Assembly: GCA_028534125.1 (NCBI GenBank)
Contig: CM052818.1
Span: 18,602,001-18,666,000 of the forward strand
Origin: Lama glama
Lineage: Eukaryota
DNA: 64,000 bases
Direction: 5' to 3'
Under the pieces are notes generated by a model. That model saw only the letters and a list, made by a program, of their open reading frames with translations. It had not been told where the DNA came from and made no database searches. Of the stretch, positions 38,225 through 51,512 are shown piece by piece (the first letter of the stretch is position 1; every line of letters starts with the position of its first letter). The translations under genes and the position numbers were made by a program.

Positions 38225-39630
38225 TCTAAGGATGGGAGAGAGGGCAGTCATTCCTGCGTGCAGGCAGTTCTTCTATAAAGAACTTAAATACGTTAAGGAA
38301 ATTGACTAAAAGTCTGCTCTCTATTATCACCATGTGCTGGTTGTTCTAAGCAATGTCTGAGAGAAAATGCCTCCCTCTTCAACTTTTTTATTGGCATAGC
38401 ATTCTAAAGAATTGCTACAATTACTGTTGAGTTTTCGTAATGTACACGTTAGCTTCAAATCAGCACATTTTAATTCCTTAACATATAATAAGCATTGTAT
38501 TCTACATAGAAGTTAATTTGGAAAACTCCCAGTGATACTGTTGGACCCAGGACATATCTGGACTCAATACGCACGTTTGTTTTGGGAATTCATGATGGGC
38601 CAGAATCGTTCAGACTTGCTTCAGGCAGAATTCTTGTCTCCATCCTATTTGGAACTATGTATTCCTGAATTGGAAGCATAGATTCAGAATAAACAATGAG
38701 GGTAAAGAAGAAGAAATAGAACTTGAGTTCTTTCGATTCTGTCCCGCTATTTGGAATTGCTACGTGTGACTTTAAATTTAAAAGAGTGAAATAGAGTCCA
38801 AATGGCAAGATGTAATAGTTTTGTTTGGTAAGTTTTGTTTGGTTACTTTACACATTAAATACTTATTGCATTTAAATAACAGTGTCTTTAAAATTGATGT
38901 TTATTGTTCTATTTTAATCACCAGTTGTTTCAAAACTAAAGAAGAAATCAAGAAAATAAAACATTACATTAGGAGTTGCTTAAATTGTACTTTTTGAAAA
39001 TATTTTAATTTTATTAAAATTCACTGATTAGTCACTGGACAACTGTTTACATAGACTATTATTATAACAGACTGTAACAAAAAAAATCAAAGTACAAATT
39101 GTTAGGTAAATATAAAAACTATTAAGTAAATAGTGGTGTATTTTTCATCGTGCAGGAACTTGGAGGAATTTGTGGGTGTTCACAAGATTGTGAAACCAGC
39201 AACAAGCTCATAATTACTCTGAATTTCATAATAAAATCTAAAATAGATCTTCATACCAAATGAAATGACATTGACCAGCGGAGTTCAACCAAAAAAAATA
39301 TTTACAAGATATGATTGAAGCAATTTTGAAGTATACATACAATACCTTCAACCCCATGCATAAAGTTCATGAAAACTCTGAAGAAACAGGCACAGCCAAA
39401 GACAGACACAACATGAGATTCAGGTAACATGGTGCTGAAAGACGACAAGGAATCATTTTCTTTAAGTGTCGACGATGAGAAAGAGAAGGAAATTTTTAAA
39501 GAGTCAACATCAGTGAGGTTAAAGAATAATAATAACGAAAAAGAGACACTAGTAAAGACCAACACCAAAACTTAGGTCTTAACGGTGGAAGAGGTGGAAA
39601 AAAGATTTCATTCTCACCACTACTGTCCTA
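38225..39630. mobile_element. Possible hAT-Tip100 (Arthur-like) DNA transposon remnant
   Basis: 'gactaaaagtctgctctctattatcaccatgtgctgg...ttctaagcaatgtc...aaaatgcctccc' resembles the recalled Arthur1 5' region; extent uncertain. Confidence 0.4.
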
Positions 39631-39639
39631 ATATTCCTA

Positions 39640-40610
39640 CTCACAGCAAAGCTCTCCCCAAAAGCCATCTATTCACTGTCTCCACACCCACTTGTGTGGT
39701 CTGTCAGGTTCACTGATGTTTCCCATGTGACTAAATCCAGCAGTCCATCTTGTAGCAGCTCAGTCCAAAAATCTGGGAGTCATTTCTGGTACCCTCCTTT
39801 CCCTCACTCCGGGAATCCAACCTAATCCATCAGCTCTGCATTTCAGACACATTCTAAGTCCGAAAATCCAATCTACTCCATCAGCTCTGCATTTCAAACA
39901 CGTTCTAAGTCCAACTATTTTTCATCTCCATCACAACTCCTAGTCGCCATCATCTCTCACCTGGGTTATTGCAATAGCTTCCCAACTACTTTCTGTCTCT
40001 ACTTCTGTCATTGCCCGCTTCTATGTCCACGGAATCATCTTCACGTGTAATTCAGTTCATGTCACTCCTCCACACAAAATCTTCTAGTGGTTTGCATCTC
40101 ACTCAGAATAAAATCAGAGTCCTCCCCACAGCTCACAGAGCCCTACTGCTCTGCTTTCCTTACCTACCTACAATCTCTCTGATCCCTCCCCTAATCATCC
40201 TTTGTTCACTCTGCTTGGGCCAGCTGGTAGCCACCTGACTCGTTGGTGTTCCTCTGATAGGCTAAGCACACCTTGACTGCAGTGCCTTTGCACTAGCCGT
40301 TCCCTCTTCAGGACACACTTCTCGCTGGAAGATCCTGGTGAATTGCTTCCTCACTTCTTTCAGGTAGAATGTCATCCCCTCAGACAGGACCTCCCTGATG
40401 AACATAGCTAAAGGAGTATTCTCTACCACTCTGTTGCCTTTTTTTTTTTTTCCTGCATAGCAGTCATCACAACTTGATATTTGTTAATTGTCTGACTTCT
40501 CCCGCTATCACATATCTCTATGGGAACAGGAATTTACTATTTTTGTGCTTGTTCATCCCCAGTGCCTAGAAAAATGTAGGCACCTAGTAGACACTCAATA
40601 AACATTAGAA
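39640..40610. mobile_element. L2 3' region
   Basis: 'gccatcatctctcacctgggttattgcaatagc' and 'ccccagtgcctagaaaaatgtaggcacctagtagacactcaataaaca'. Confidence 0.8.
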
Positions 40611-41458
40611 TTGGCATGACAATTAGTTGAAGCAATGGTGAAATAGCATTTTGAGGTGATTCAAAGTGGCCGCTTAAGGTCCCAATATCTTATATACACT
40701 TCTGTACTTCAGAGTGTGAAAGACACCTCTGGGAACATCTCACGTGTTTAGCTACATTCGTAGATTTACTCATGCTCTAAGGTTTTTGGAAACACATTGT
40801 TCTAACAGGTTTTGTAAGAAAACGACATCATCCACCCAGAAAGATTTCTGAAAGATAGAACCCATCTTGGAAAGACAGTGCTCATTACTAATTTCAGAGG
40901 ACTAAACAGGGTGAAGGCTTGTCCCTGAGTCAAGGTGGCATGGAGTATTCTCCTGAAAGCACATTTTTGCTTGCTCTTACCTAAGAACTTGAAAGTACAA
41001 TCCTAGGCTGGAGCTTTTTAGAGACCACATTGACCTTGATACATACATCTGAAAGCTCAGAAGCCAAACAAGATGGATTCATTATAATATTTTATACATC
41101 TTTTAAAGCAAGCAGATTTAGAGTTCATTAGTTCTCATTAGAAAAAGTTTGTTTGAAATCTGTTGAGAAGAAAAGCGCTATTGTTCTGTCTCTTCAGTAC
41201 TTAGCAATGTTTAGAGCTAAGTGTGGTATTTAAATCTTTGGGATGTGTAAAATTGTATTCAACAGCATTTTTAGACAAGGCATTAAGAATACTTTAAAAT
41301 GTTTGTCTATTGCATTAATTTTAATTATGCTCCACTAGATTCACAATGCTTTGAAATGCTTTACAAAATGCCCCCAAGATCTTTTATTAATCATAATACA
41401 AGCACCACCAAATTTCAAATGCTGTTTCTCATTCTGGGTAGCAGCAGCTTGCCTGCGA

Positions 41459-41472
41459 GCGCCCTCTTCTGT
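41459..41472 (-). promoter_or_regulatory. Candidate CTCF motif ACAGAAGAGGGCGC
   Basis: Two mismatches to consensus, with CpG retained in apparently non-repetitive sequence. Confidence 0.35.
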
Positions 41473-42450
41473 TTCAAGAGTATACCGCAAATTGTATTAC
41501 ATGGAATCCAGAGCAATTCCTGACAGAATAAAAATGGGCTTTTCAGGAAAATGTCAACACACACAATCATGTTATTTAAATATGCTATCCTCCCACCTGA
41601 GTTTGTACAGCTTTTCTGGAGCGGACAGATGAGGTGAAGATGAGGCAAAGGTTGCAATCCCCGAAGTGTAGCAGTGATTTGCATTTCTTGCCCAGGAAGT
41701 CTCCTAGAAATGAACTTTGAAACATGGGGAAACTCGTCTAATCCGTTTTCCGTACAGACGGAACATGATTTTAAGGCATAATATCACCTGGAGCTTTTAT
41801 CTAAGGTACTTTTTGTAACTCAACTATTTGTGTTCTGATTAGCAATTCTGTCTTGCTTTAAAATTGACAAATTCATATTATAGATGCCAGTTCTAAGCAG
41901 GAACTTATTAACATAATTATAACAAGAAAAATCTTTTGTTTCATATAAACTGGAGAAATATGCAGGTGATTAGGTTAAGCCCCATGAAACTGCTATCAGG
42001 AATGGTTAACTATTGTTAGTTTCATACAGTTCAATCAAATACACCCAGCCTGTCCTTTAGGACCATGGGCAAGAGCACAAAGGTCCTGGGAGTGGAGGAG
42101 CTGCTGATAATAGGGAGGGGCTGGGAGAGACCCGGCAAAATGTAGTGGAATCAGCATGTGTCTAAATAAAGGGGGCAGGGAATCTAGGTGGAATTGAGAC
42201 AAAACAGAAAAGAAATGATGGATGGAATTTGAGGAATTCTATTACAAATATGATCAGTTTATGTCACTTAATCTTTTTGTTATTCCTGCAAAGTCAAGCC
42301 CTGTTCATCTCAGTAGTGGCTAAAACAGCTATTAACGATCTGGCCTCTATGAAGTTTTATTTCCTGATTTTGAAATTTAACTTTAATAGCTAGATAAAAA
42401 TTGAATTTCAACACACAGCAGCTTCCTTATATAAAGGAGTGAGGTTGGTT

Positions 42451-42456
42451 TTTATT
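42451..42456 (-). terminator. STON1: Candidate STON1 polyadenylation signal AATAAA (alternatives at 42868-42873 and 42356-42361)
   Basis: Minus-strand AATAAA with a GT-rich tract (tgctgtgtgttg) about 30 nt downstream; implies a 3' UTR of about 3.8 kb; no transcript evidence. Confidence 0.3.
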
Positions 42457-45400
42457 AGAGCTAATTTATCTTCATATCTTTAATGCCCTCCCCCCCAACA
42501 TATATATCCCTTATCTGAAACAGATTCTGTACAATTGCATAAAAATTGTTTTCTAAACTTAAAAAAAATGCTTTAAATGCACATAATTTCTCTAATACTA
42601 GTTGTCAAAGTTCGAAAATTCCTTAAAATTCTCCTGTGAACAAAGTTCTTCCTGTTATTGGGAAGACCGAATAGTAAGGTGTCTTAACTAGTTCATTAAT
42701 CCAGGTTATCGACATTTTCCATTGTCTTAGAGCTGTTTTACAACTTTGTAAGTTTTAGAAAACTGATAATAACACATATGATCCTTGTCCATACAAATGC
42801 AAATTAATTGTGTGGGGGTAGGGAAAACTGAATATTGACATTGCCCCGTGGATAGATCCATTTTGCCTTTATTTGTAAATTCATTTCAGAGTTCCTTATT
42901 TCCTATGTATTCACTGCTTTCTGAATTCTCCTTGGAACCACTGTAACATCTTACCAGTTCTCTCATTAGTTAGTGAGTTAAGTAAAACCTTGGGCACATA
43001 CTCTTATTGTTTCTTTATGAGAGTAATGACGATTTACTCTTTCTAAAAATCATTCTTTAATGTCACAAATTGTAGTTTGATGGTATTATTTTTCCAGGAT
43101 ATGCCAAGACCAGTGAACATGGTGTTCACTGACTCCTTAATAGCGAAGCAGTATACATTTGCCTGACAGAGAGTCAATTGTTTAAGGTTATTGAAATTGA
43201 TTTCATATCTTAAAAAAAAAAAATAGCCCCAGACCTTGCCAAAGAAGATATAAGTCCACTGCACAGCAAGAATCATTTGAAATACATCTTTAATTTTAAA
43301 AAATCGATATGCAATCTACAAAATACTTTGTTACATGATTATTAAGGTTCAATCTGTTTTATATTTGTATTGATATGACATAAAATCATATTTTGAGTAA
43401 GATATAATAATACTTAGTCATTATTAAGGAAGGCCTTCTGATTGAATTTATAAGAAAAAGGGCTATATCATAACATTGATCCAGAACTGAGGGAACTAAA
43501 ACCCTAGAACTGTCTAATATGTAAATCAGGTCAAAAATGCCAGCCTTATTTACGTGCTGGGAAAGGTTTTTTTTTTTCATACTTTTTTAATGAATAAACT
43601 ATTTCCATTCCCATAAAAAAAGGAAATGTCCTTAAATTCAGATCTGTACAATTGATCAGGTAACCATCAAGCCATGAATTCATTTACACAATTAATATGG
43701 TCCTTTGACTGGTAAGGCAACCAGACCAGACCAATTAGAGTAGAACAGCTCATCCCAAACTGATCAACTCCTTGGAAGTCGGCCATGGTGTCCATCAAAC
43801 AACTGACCCCCAAAGGTCAAATTCACAAAACGCTGATCTACATTACCTAAACTAAAATGCTAGAAAGGAGTACTTCCTACCTCACTTACCTCCTTCCTCT
43901 CTTCTCCGCCTTAAAAGCAGAAGGTTTTGCTGTTATTGTTTTGAAGATCATCATTTACTTCCTGGCAAAGGAGATTCTACTTCTTAATTTGTAAGTCTAA
44001 GTGGATCCTACCTAATTTTTCACTTAGAGCACTGTGGTCACATTTGACCTTCTGCCATTTCTGAGGTCAGAAGAATTGTATTAAAAAGCCTCTCCACCTA
44101 CACAGAATGTTAATTTAATGCTCAGTAATGAATATTTAAGGATCCTAATAGATGTGCAAATTAACAATTACTCTGCAGCACCCCGCTGTTCTTGCTATCA
44201 ACCTTTGCACTGCGCAGGAACTCAACTTGGGCTTCAGTCAGCCTTTCGTTAAATTTCCAGCACTGAATCTTGAGATGCCCTTGTAGGCTGGAGGGCTGAT
44301 GAATTAATGACCCCAGCAGTGAGGGACCCGCACATTCTGGCAACCCCCTGAAGCCTGAGGGGCGATTCGTTGAACCCTATGCTGGAATTACTTTGCACTG
44401 TAAATATTAAGTTCATCCGAATCAGACTGAGTTCTTTATGGGCAGGATGCTGTAACACAGTTTTGAAAGGAATGGTGGTAATTAACCCAACAAACGTCCC
44501 AGGAGGAAGGAGCGGTATCAGGTTCAGCTGCCTCCGGATTTGTTCAGAGCAGACTAACGTCACTCCAGAATGTGGCACACCAGATGAGGAGACAGGATGG
44601 CAGAACTTTTTTTTAAAAATGATACACAGATTTGCCCTTCTATATGTCAACAGTGAGTCTTAAGGATATGATATTATGAGCAATACATTATGTGAAGTTA
44701 AAAAGAGCAATACCAATTCAACAGTCAACTTTTGCATTCTTTGCCTCCACAGTAAAATAATGAAAAGCAATAAAATCTGATTGATACAGATCATTATGAA
44801 AGTTTGTTTTAACCTGCATTTTGAACAGATTAAAGTGAAAGTAATGTAATATTAAGTAAAATGGATGAGGCAGCCTCTGTGGGGCCAACAAATAATGTTG
44901 TTTGGAAGAACACTATTCTATCAGTTTTGACTCAAAACAAATCTAGTAAATAGAGAAAAATATCTCCTAATCATATCTAAGGATCAACATAAATTGAAGG
45001 TGTATTAATACATGTTTTTTCCACATGTCTTTCCAACTAAAAAACTACCTAGAATATAGATTTCATAAATTTAAAAGTCTGATCTTTCACTGTAAATACT
45101 GAAAGGAAATTATAAACAGAATTACAACTGCTAACGCCACAGGTTTTCATTAAAAAACATTTACCTGACTTTGAAGAAAAGAAATGTCATTTCTTAGAAA
45201 TCTAGGTAAAATAATCTAGTGTCTTTCACTTTGCTCATCTTTCAAAGAAAATTACTCTAAGCTGAATTAGTATAAATAGCATGATAGCAGAACTAGCATA
45301 AAATAATCATAATATGATTTAGACTTCCACTCAAGAGTGGCTTGTGTTAATTACAAATAATACTTTATCAAAATACATTCTTAGAGTCTGTACTTTGGGG

Positions 45401-46201
45401 AAACAATATTCATGAACTTTAAAAATTCATTCTTAACATACATAAATATTTTAACTAGTGTCCAATACTGGGATTCCATTTCGAAAGGACTCTCTCCAAG
45501 CAAAAGGCAGTATGTCTTAGTGGCTTGTACTAAAATGTGTATATGAACAGAAACAGCTTCTTTGTAGCACACACCAGAATACAAATACACTTTGAAAATA
45601 GTAACAGACTGGGGGAAAGACAGGTACCAAATACTCACCAGTGTGGTAATAGGACAGGAAGATAAATCATTCAGAATCAGAGATAGTTCCACATCTCCAT
45701 GTAAGCCTGTGGGTTACAACATCATTCTACAACTGGCCACATTTCAGAGCAGAGCAAGAGGGAGAATGAAGTATTTTGGTTCCTGTCTCCTTTGATTGCC
45801 TCCTCCTCCAGTTCATGTGCTGACTTAACAAGGAGAGATAGGGACGGGAGGATAATAAACATGGCACCCAGGTAACCCAGAGTACAAAACAATGAGCCAC
45901 TGGGCAATCAAATATCAAAAATGCTTTAGCCAAGTGGCTGTCAGGTCACACCCTGAATAACAGTGCCTTTGAATTTCACTAGGAAACAAAAACATCATGA
46001 AAATTATAGACACATTTTCAACGAAACCCCTGGAGCAAAAACACGTATCAAAAGCATAAAGTACAGATGGTCTGGTGTCAGGTCTAAACTTTTCTCAACA
46101 TGGCCATTGGGCCGGTTATTTCCCATACAGTAGCAGAACTATATGGTTTCTGTGAATTACATATTTGCAAAGTGGATCGTCATCACAGACTCTTGCTACT
46201 C

Positions 46202-46276
46202 CTACTGAGTTACGCAGTCACCAGCTTTATCTGGGTCTTCTCCATCGATTTTTATCCACTTCTTTTCTATTTCAAC
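46202..46276 (-). CDS. STON1: STON1 terminal coding exon: VEIEKKWIKIDGEDPDKAGDCVTQ*
   Basis: ataacag|GTT GAA ATA...TGC GTA ACT CAG TAG; phase 0 matches the previous exon; not present in the ORF track. Confidence 0.95.
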   Translation of the reverse strand, partial: VEIEKKWIKIDGEDPDKAGDCVTQ

Positions 46277-46496
46277 CTGTTATACAAAGCAAAACATGGG
46301 CAGCGTCAGTAAGTGCAATGCAGTACTAACACCTGTTCAGTCCTGGTTTATAAGTGAGGACTTTGTTATATAATTTTGAGCTGTCCTCTAAACTGTATGA
46401 AACTGGCACATCCCATGAACAAGAAAATTGGTATAAGGGAAGTCTCCATGTGCACGTGACATACATTTCAGTCACACATAATACTCATATACCTAG

Positions 46497-46715
46497 TGTT
46501 ACAGGTCAGGTTCCCCAGAAGCAGACGCTGAGATGGAGACTGGTATGCAGGAAGGTTACTGGGGAGTGCGGTTGGGGCCAACACCTGATGGGGAGGGGAG
46601 GAAGGGAGCAGAACAGGAAGAGAGAGAAGTTGGGCTGCAGGACAGCCACAATAAGGGCTGCAACTGATCCCCAGGGAGGGCTGAAGCCAGGGTGGCCCTG
46701 CAGGGTTATTCCAAG
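46497..46715. mobile_element. ERVL-type LTR fragment (LTR33/LTR16-like), possibly resuming at about 47100-47230
   Basis: 'ggtcaggttccccagaagcagacgctgagatggagactggtatgcaggaaggttactggggagtg'. Confidence 0.55.
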
Positions 46716-48109
46716 GTTTTTAAATTTTTGTTTTGTTTTGTTTTGTTGGCTTACAAAGTTGTCTTTATTGGTTTCTTACTGTCTCACAGAGCATCAGGGT
46801 TGATCCCTCCCAGGAATATGGTATTTGAGAAGATAAATACTTAATTTGCCCCTTTCTCATCAGGAGAGGAAGATTTAATAAAAATTGTAATGCAGTAGCA
46901 ATAATAATGACTGTGATCAATAATACAATGCTCCTATGATCCCCTGATACACAGATGGTTGAAGCTTTGAGAAAAGGGAACCCCTTTTTCTGGTGAGGGC
47001 CAGCATGTGCATGGAGACCCGTAGGGTGCCCATCTCCTACCACGCAGCACTTTTAAATACACCCCCATCCCAAGAGGCAAAGTATCTTAAACTCCTGATC
47101 CACCAGTCACTGGACACAGGCTGCCCCAGGAAGGGGCGTGATAGGAACATGATAGCTTTCCTCATCCAGGGCAATTCCCAGATGTTGAAGGAATAAGTCA
47201 CTCAGTTCCAAAGGGGCTGCACAGAACACCACCCACTTGTCATTAATTTTCCCAGTAGAAAAAAAATCAGTGGATCCAAACATATAGGCTTCTAAACAGT
47301 CCAAAACAGAGAAAAATCCAGACTTATATTCCTATATTATGGAACCACCAGTTCATGTTAATGATGTCTTATGTAATCACACCATTTGAAGATACTATGG
47401 GAAATATGTGGCAGAGGTCATCTCTGTATCTACTAACTTTGCAGATGAGAAGGAAAAGCAAGTGCAAGTGTATGCCGCTCTTTAATTCATCTGGTGCAAG
47501 AATGTGGACGAGCTGATGGTGAACATAGAGTAATTCAGCATTTCCCAAAGGGTGCTCCCCAGAATACTACTGCAGAAGATATTGATAGGTGTTTTACATG
47601 CACGTGCCCATGGAAACAAGATTCCATAATCAATGAGTTGGGAGAAACTAAGCCAAGTTTAACAAGTTTCTTTATTGCAGGACTTCTCAGAGCCTTCATT
47701 ACCATTAATTAAGTATATGAAATTCCCCAACTTATTTTTTTTCTTGGATCATTATATGGGACACATGTTCCACAGAACACATGTTGGGAAATGCTATTCT
47801 AACAAAATTGTTATTATAAACATGCTTCTGAAATGTGAGTTTATTTTTAACACCCTGTTTTTCATTGAGAGCTGAGTTAAGAACATGGCACTGTGCACTC
47901 AGTCTCCTGATCTTCTCAAGAACTGAGAGGAAGAACTAGACTCATTGGCAATCATCCAGTTTCCACAGCTGGGCTCTTTCCTAGGTCAGATACACACATA
48001 CACACATATACATACATGGTCACTTAACAGGGCAAAGCAAGTACTTAAAGACAAATCAGGTCATAGTTTTGGAAACCCCCAACTTGAACCCAAGGACTTT
48101 GGGATGTAC

Positions 48110-48312
48110 CTGGACGTTGTAGCAAGCTCGCTGATGAATGTGTTTCTGTGGCTGGACATCACTTTCCACCCCCAGAGACCGGACCTCTGTCTGGGAGGCA
48201 CAGGTGTCGAGGACCCCAAACTGAACAGTAGCAAATGGGTACCAATCAGAGGGAATTTCTTGGTCTGATCCAAGTTCTAGTTTGTATGACAAACAGTGGG
48301 GATGATCAGGAC
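48110..48312 (-). CDS. STON1: STON1 second coding exon (203 nt): (S)PDHPHCLSYKLELGSDQEIPSDWYPFATVQF...RACYNVQ
   Basis: ctctaag|GT CCT GAT...GTC CAG|gtacat; phase 1/0; C-terminal part of the mu-homology domain. Confidence 0.96.
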
Positions 48313-49734
48313 CTTAGAGAAACAAAACTGAATGTCAATCAAAGTATTTCAATGGCCATTGAACAATCCTCTTGAACTAGGGAGGCCTGCATCCCTCTCG
48401 TTCATAAGCAATTCCATTATAATTACGGCAGTGTGAATTCCACTTAAATGGCATACCTCAAAATTCACAATTTTGCACGAACTAGGGGGAAACCTGCCTG
48501 CATTTTTAAAGTACTAGCTTTAAAAAAAAAAGAAAGTTTAATATTGCACTTAATTATCCAATAAAACAATGACCAACAATGCAGTGACAAGAAAAATTCA
48601 GAATTGTATACTAAGCTTTTTTTAATTAAAAGATGAGTAATATTTACATTAAGCATCATTATTTGGCTACAACGTGCATGGAATCTGTAAGAAAAACTTT
48701 CTCTTAGGTAGATAAGATCTTACAATAATTCTTAATTTATTCATTTTCTTACCACTCTATTTATTGATAGATAATGCAAAGGTAAATTTCAGACTAAATT
48801 AGGTCACATTATCAAAAATTCTGAGTTTTTAAAAGTTAAACTTAATAATTTTTTTTTTTTACATTTCAGAAAATATTCTAGGCCAAAAATATTTTTTTAG
48901 TAGAACAGATTATCTTTCAGTGCATTCATTCCCACTCACCCTCCTTAAAGCTCTAACTGGAACAGATGTACAGTGTGGAGATGGGCAAAAAGGCTTTCAA
49001 TGTTTCAATCTAATATTTATTTTCCCTTAATTCAACTTGCCATGTATTGAGCATCTACTCTATGCCAGGTCAGGCTCTGTGCCAGACCTAGGGATATCAT
49101 ATATACACAAAAATTTTAAGAGGGGTCATGTAACGTGTGTGTGTGTGTTTATGTGTGTGTTACAATGGAGCAAAAATATTTTCAGTGTAACCTCTGCAGG
49201 AACTCTATAAATGTTCCATGATTCTGATGCATTGTCCACAGCATCTATATATTCCATTCAGCTATCTTTTCTTAAATAAATGTATGAGATGATAATAATT
49301 TCAAAAGCCAGATTAAATTATTGTACCACTGACATAACTCAAGAAAGAACATTTCCATCAGAATATAGCTTTAGGCACAAAAACAAGAGTTTAAAGGATT
49401 TCACTTAATTCTTAAAAGATAAATTGCCTCTCATTCCTTACAACCTGTTTCTTGCAGAGAGACTAATAGAATTCTAAGGCTGTAAAAGGCCTTGAGAAGC
49501 GATCAGTCAATTAACCAACAGATGCTCATTAGCCATCTCCACCACCGACTTGTAGGGCCAGACAGCAATGGCCTTGGGGGTGCTCTCAGCTACCCAGATC
49601 ACCGCAGCCAAGTGATAACTTTATTCACACAGACACAGACCCAGCGGAGATAACACAATCCGTTACCCTTACTAGCCTCTGTCTGCAAGATACAACAAGT
49701 TTATTTAAACTTAATTTAGGCACTCCTCAGTCCT

Positions 49735-49945
49735 TTATGGCACAGCGGTTAAAGCACATGAACACTGGACTCAGATTGCCCAGGGTCAGGTGCCAGCTCT
49801 GCTACTTAAAATGTGTGTGATCCTAAGCAAGTTATTTGATGTCTCTGAGCCTCAGTTTCCCCATCTAAAAATGGAGGTGATGATGATGATGATGATAATA
49901 ATAGCATGAACTTTATAAGACTGTTGTGAGGATTAAACAAGCCAG
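49735..49945 (+). mobile_element. MIR SINE
   Basis: 'gtgtgatcctaagcaagttatttgatgtctctgagcctcagtttccccatctaaaaatgg...gttgtgaggattaaa'. Confidence 0.8.
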
Positions 49946-51364
49946 CTGGCCCATGCGGAGCACGAGAGACGTAGCATTCTGTAGTGGTACAGACAGAAGA
50001 GCAAGGTGCTCTTCCGTGATGAGTCCAATGTTATTATTATTTAGTTGTCTTAGTTTTGGCTAATGAAGGGACTGTGACGTCTATACTCTCGGAGCTCAAA
50101 ATAACATTGGAGAGGATCTAATTTGATATTCACATTTTAAAGAAAACCTCTTTTGGAACTTTTGTAGTGAAAATTACCCAAGGTGAAGACAAAATGTCAA
50201 AAACAAAACCTTTGTACCCACTTTTCTAAAAACCCAGTAAAAGATAAAGAACATTTTTCCTTTCAAGTTTTCTGGCATATTTTTCCTGGCTTTTAAAACT
50301 CTACTGTACAACGTTTAATAACTCACACTCCCTTTGTACTTTGATATCATGAAGAGAAGTATCATGTCTGTCCTTAGTACAGGTCTGTCTGGCACATTTG
50401 GGGCTCAAAAGACATTTGTGGAATTTCTGAGTAAATGAATAAAAGATAAGAGGAAAATCATGTTTATTTATTTCAGTACTGATCACCAGGGGGCACTCTC
50501 GGACTTTGGTAATTATTCTATCATCACTTCCTTAGGACCAGGAAAGCAAATCACAAAATCTATTCTATTTATGGCTAGTAGATATCTGGTCCTTCCTGAA
50601 CCCGAATATTTCACAACTGAAACTGAACTGTTGAGAGCTGGAGGGAGTGAATGGCAGGAGAATGACACAAGTGGAGCCAGCAAAGAGAAAAGGTAAAGGC
50701 AAGTGATATTTAAAAATTGGTAAAATTGTGAAAGTGGAGATAGATACATTTGTTAACTGACCCTCCACCATTCTCACTTCCCTTTCTAATTCTATGCTAC
50801 TGCATGCAGCCTCTACGGCTGGTAACCAGTGTTCTCATTTGTCCTCATTCTCTTCTCCCCCCCACCCCTTTTCCCATCCCCAGCAAACCCTGTGCTCAGG
50901 AAAGGTCCTCTGTTGTCCTTCACACCTTAGTCTGAATGAATTATTTGAGCTACCTGCCAGAGGCCAAACTGTTATAAAATGAAAGACTTGCCCACTGATA
51001 AAGGAATAGTAAACATTGACGTGCTGGTAGAAGAATATTTAAGGAGCCAGCATCCCTCCCCACCTCCCCGACAATCACATATATGTGACTGTATCAATAG
51101 GAAAGGTCAATCCTGATCTCATAAATCCCCAGGAGAGGCATTTAAAATTTTTTTAAATTAATGCATATACTTCATATATGCACTAATTTAAAATATACAT
51201 TTTTTAGTTTCCCTTTTTAAATTTTTTTTTCTTACAGTGCAGGTCTTTCAGAAAGTAGCTTCAAAGGGTAACATTTTAAAGACATTCTTTTAAAATCCTC
51301 TGCTCTCTAAACACCCAGGTGATTTTAAAATCATATAGAAACACAGAGATGCATTCTAAGTCCC

Positions 51365-51512
51365 TGCTCCTCTAGTGAGGTCCGGGGACCCGTCACATTG
51401 GCATCACTGGAGTGCACGTGGGAAACACAGTATGGGGGAGCCCCACCTGCTGAATCAGAGTCTACACTTTAACAAGGTGATTCATACGTACACGAAAGTC
51501 TGAGAAGCACTG
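51365..51512. mobile_element. MER5-like hAT MITE
   Basis: 'cctgctgaatcagagtctacactttaacaaggtgattcatacgtacacgaaagtctgagaagcactg'. Confidence 0.65.

Noticed and set aside
44161..44663. Overlapping 133-aa and 97-aa ORFs in a GC-richer patch
   Set aside because: No recognisable homology or clear exon structure; most likely STON1 3' UTR.
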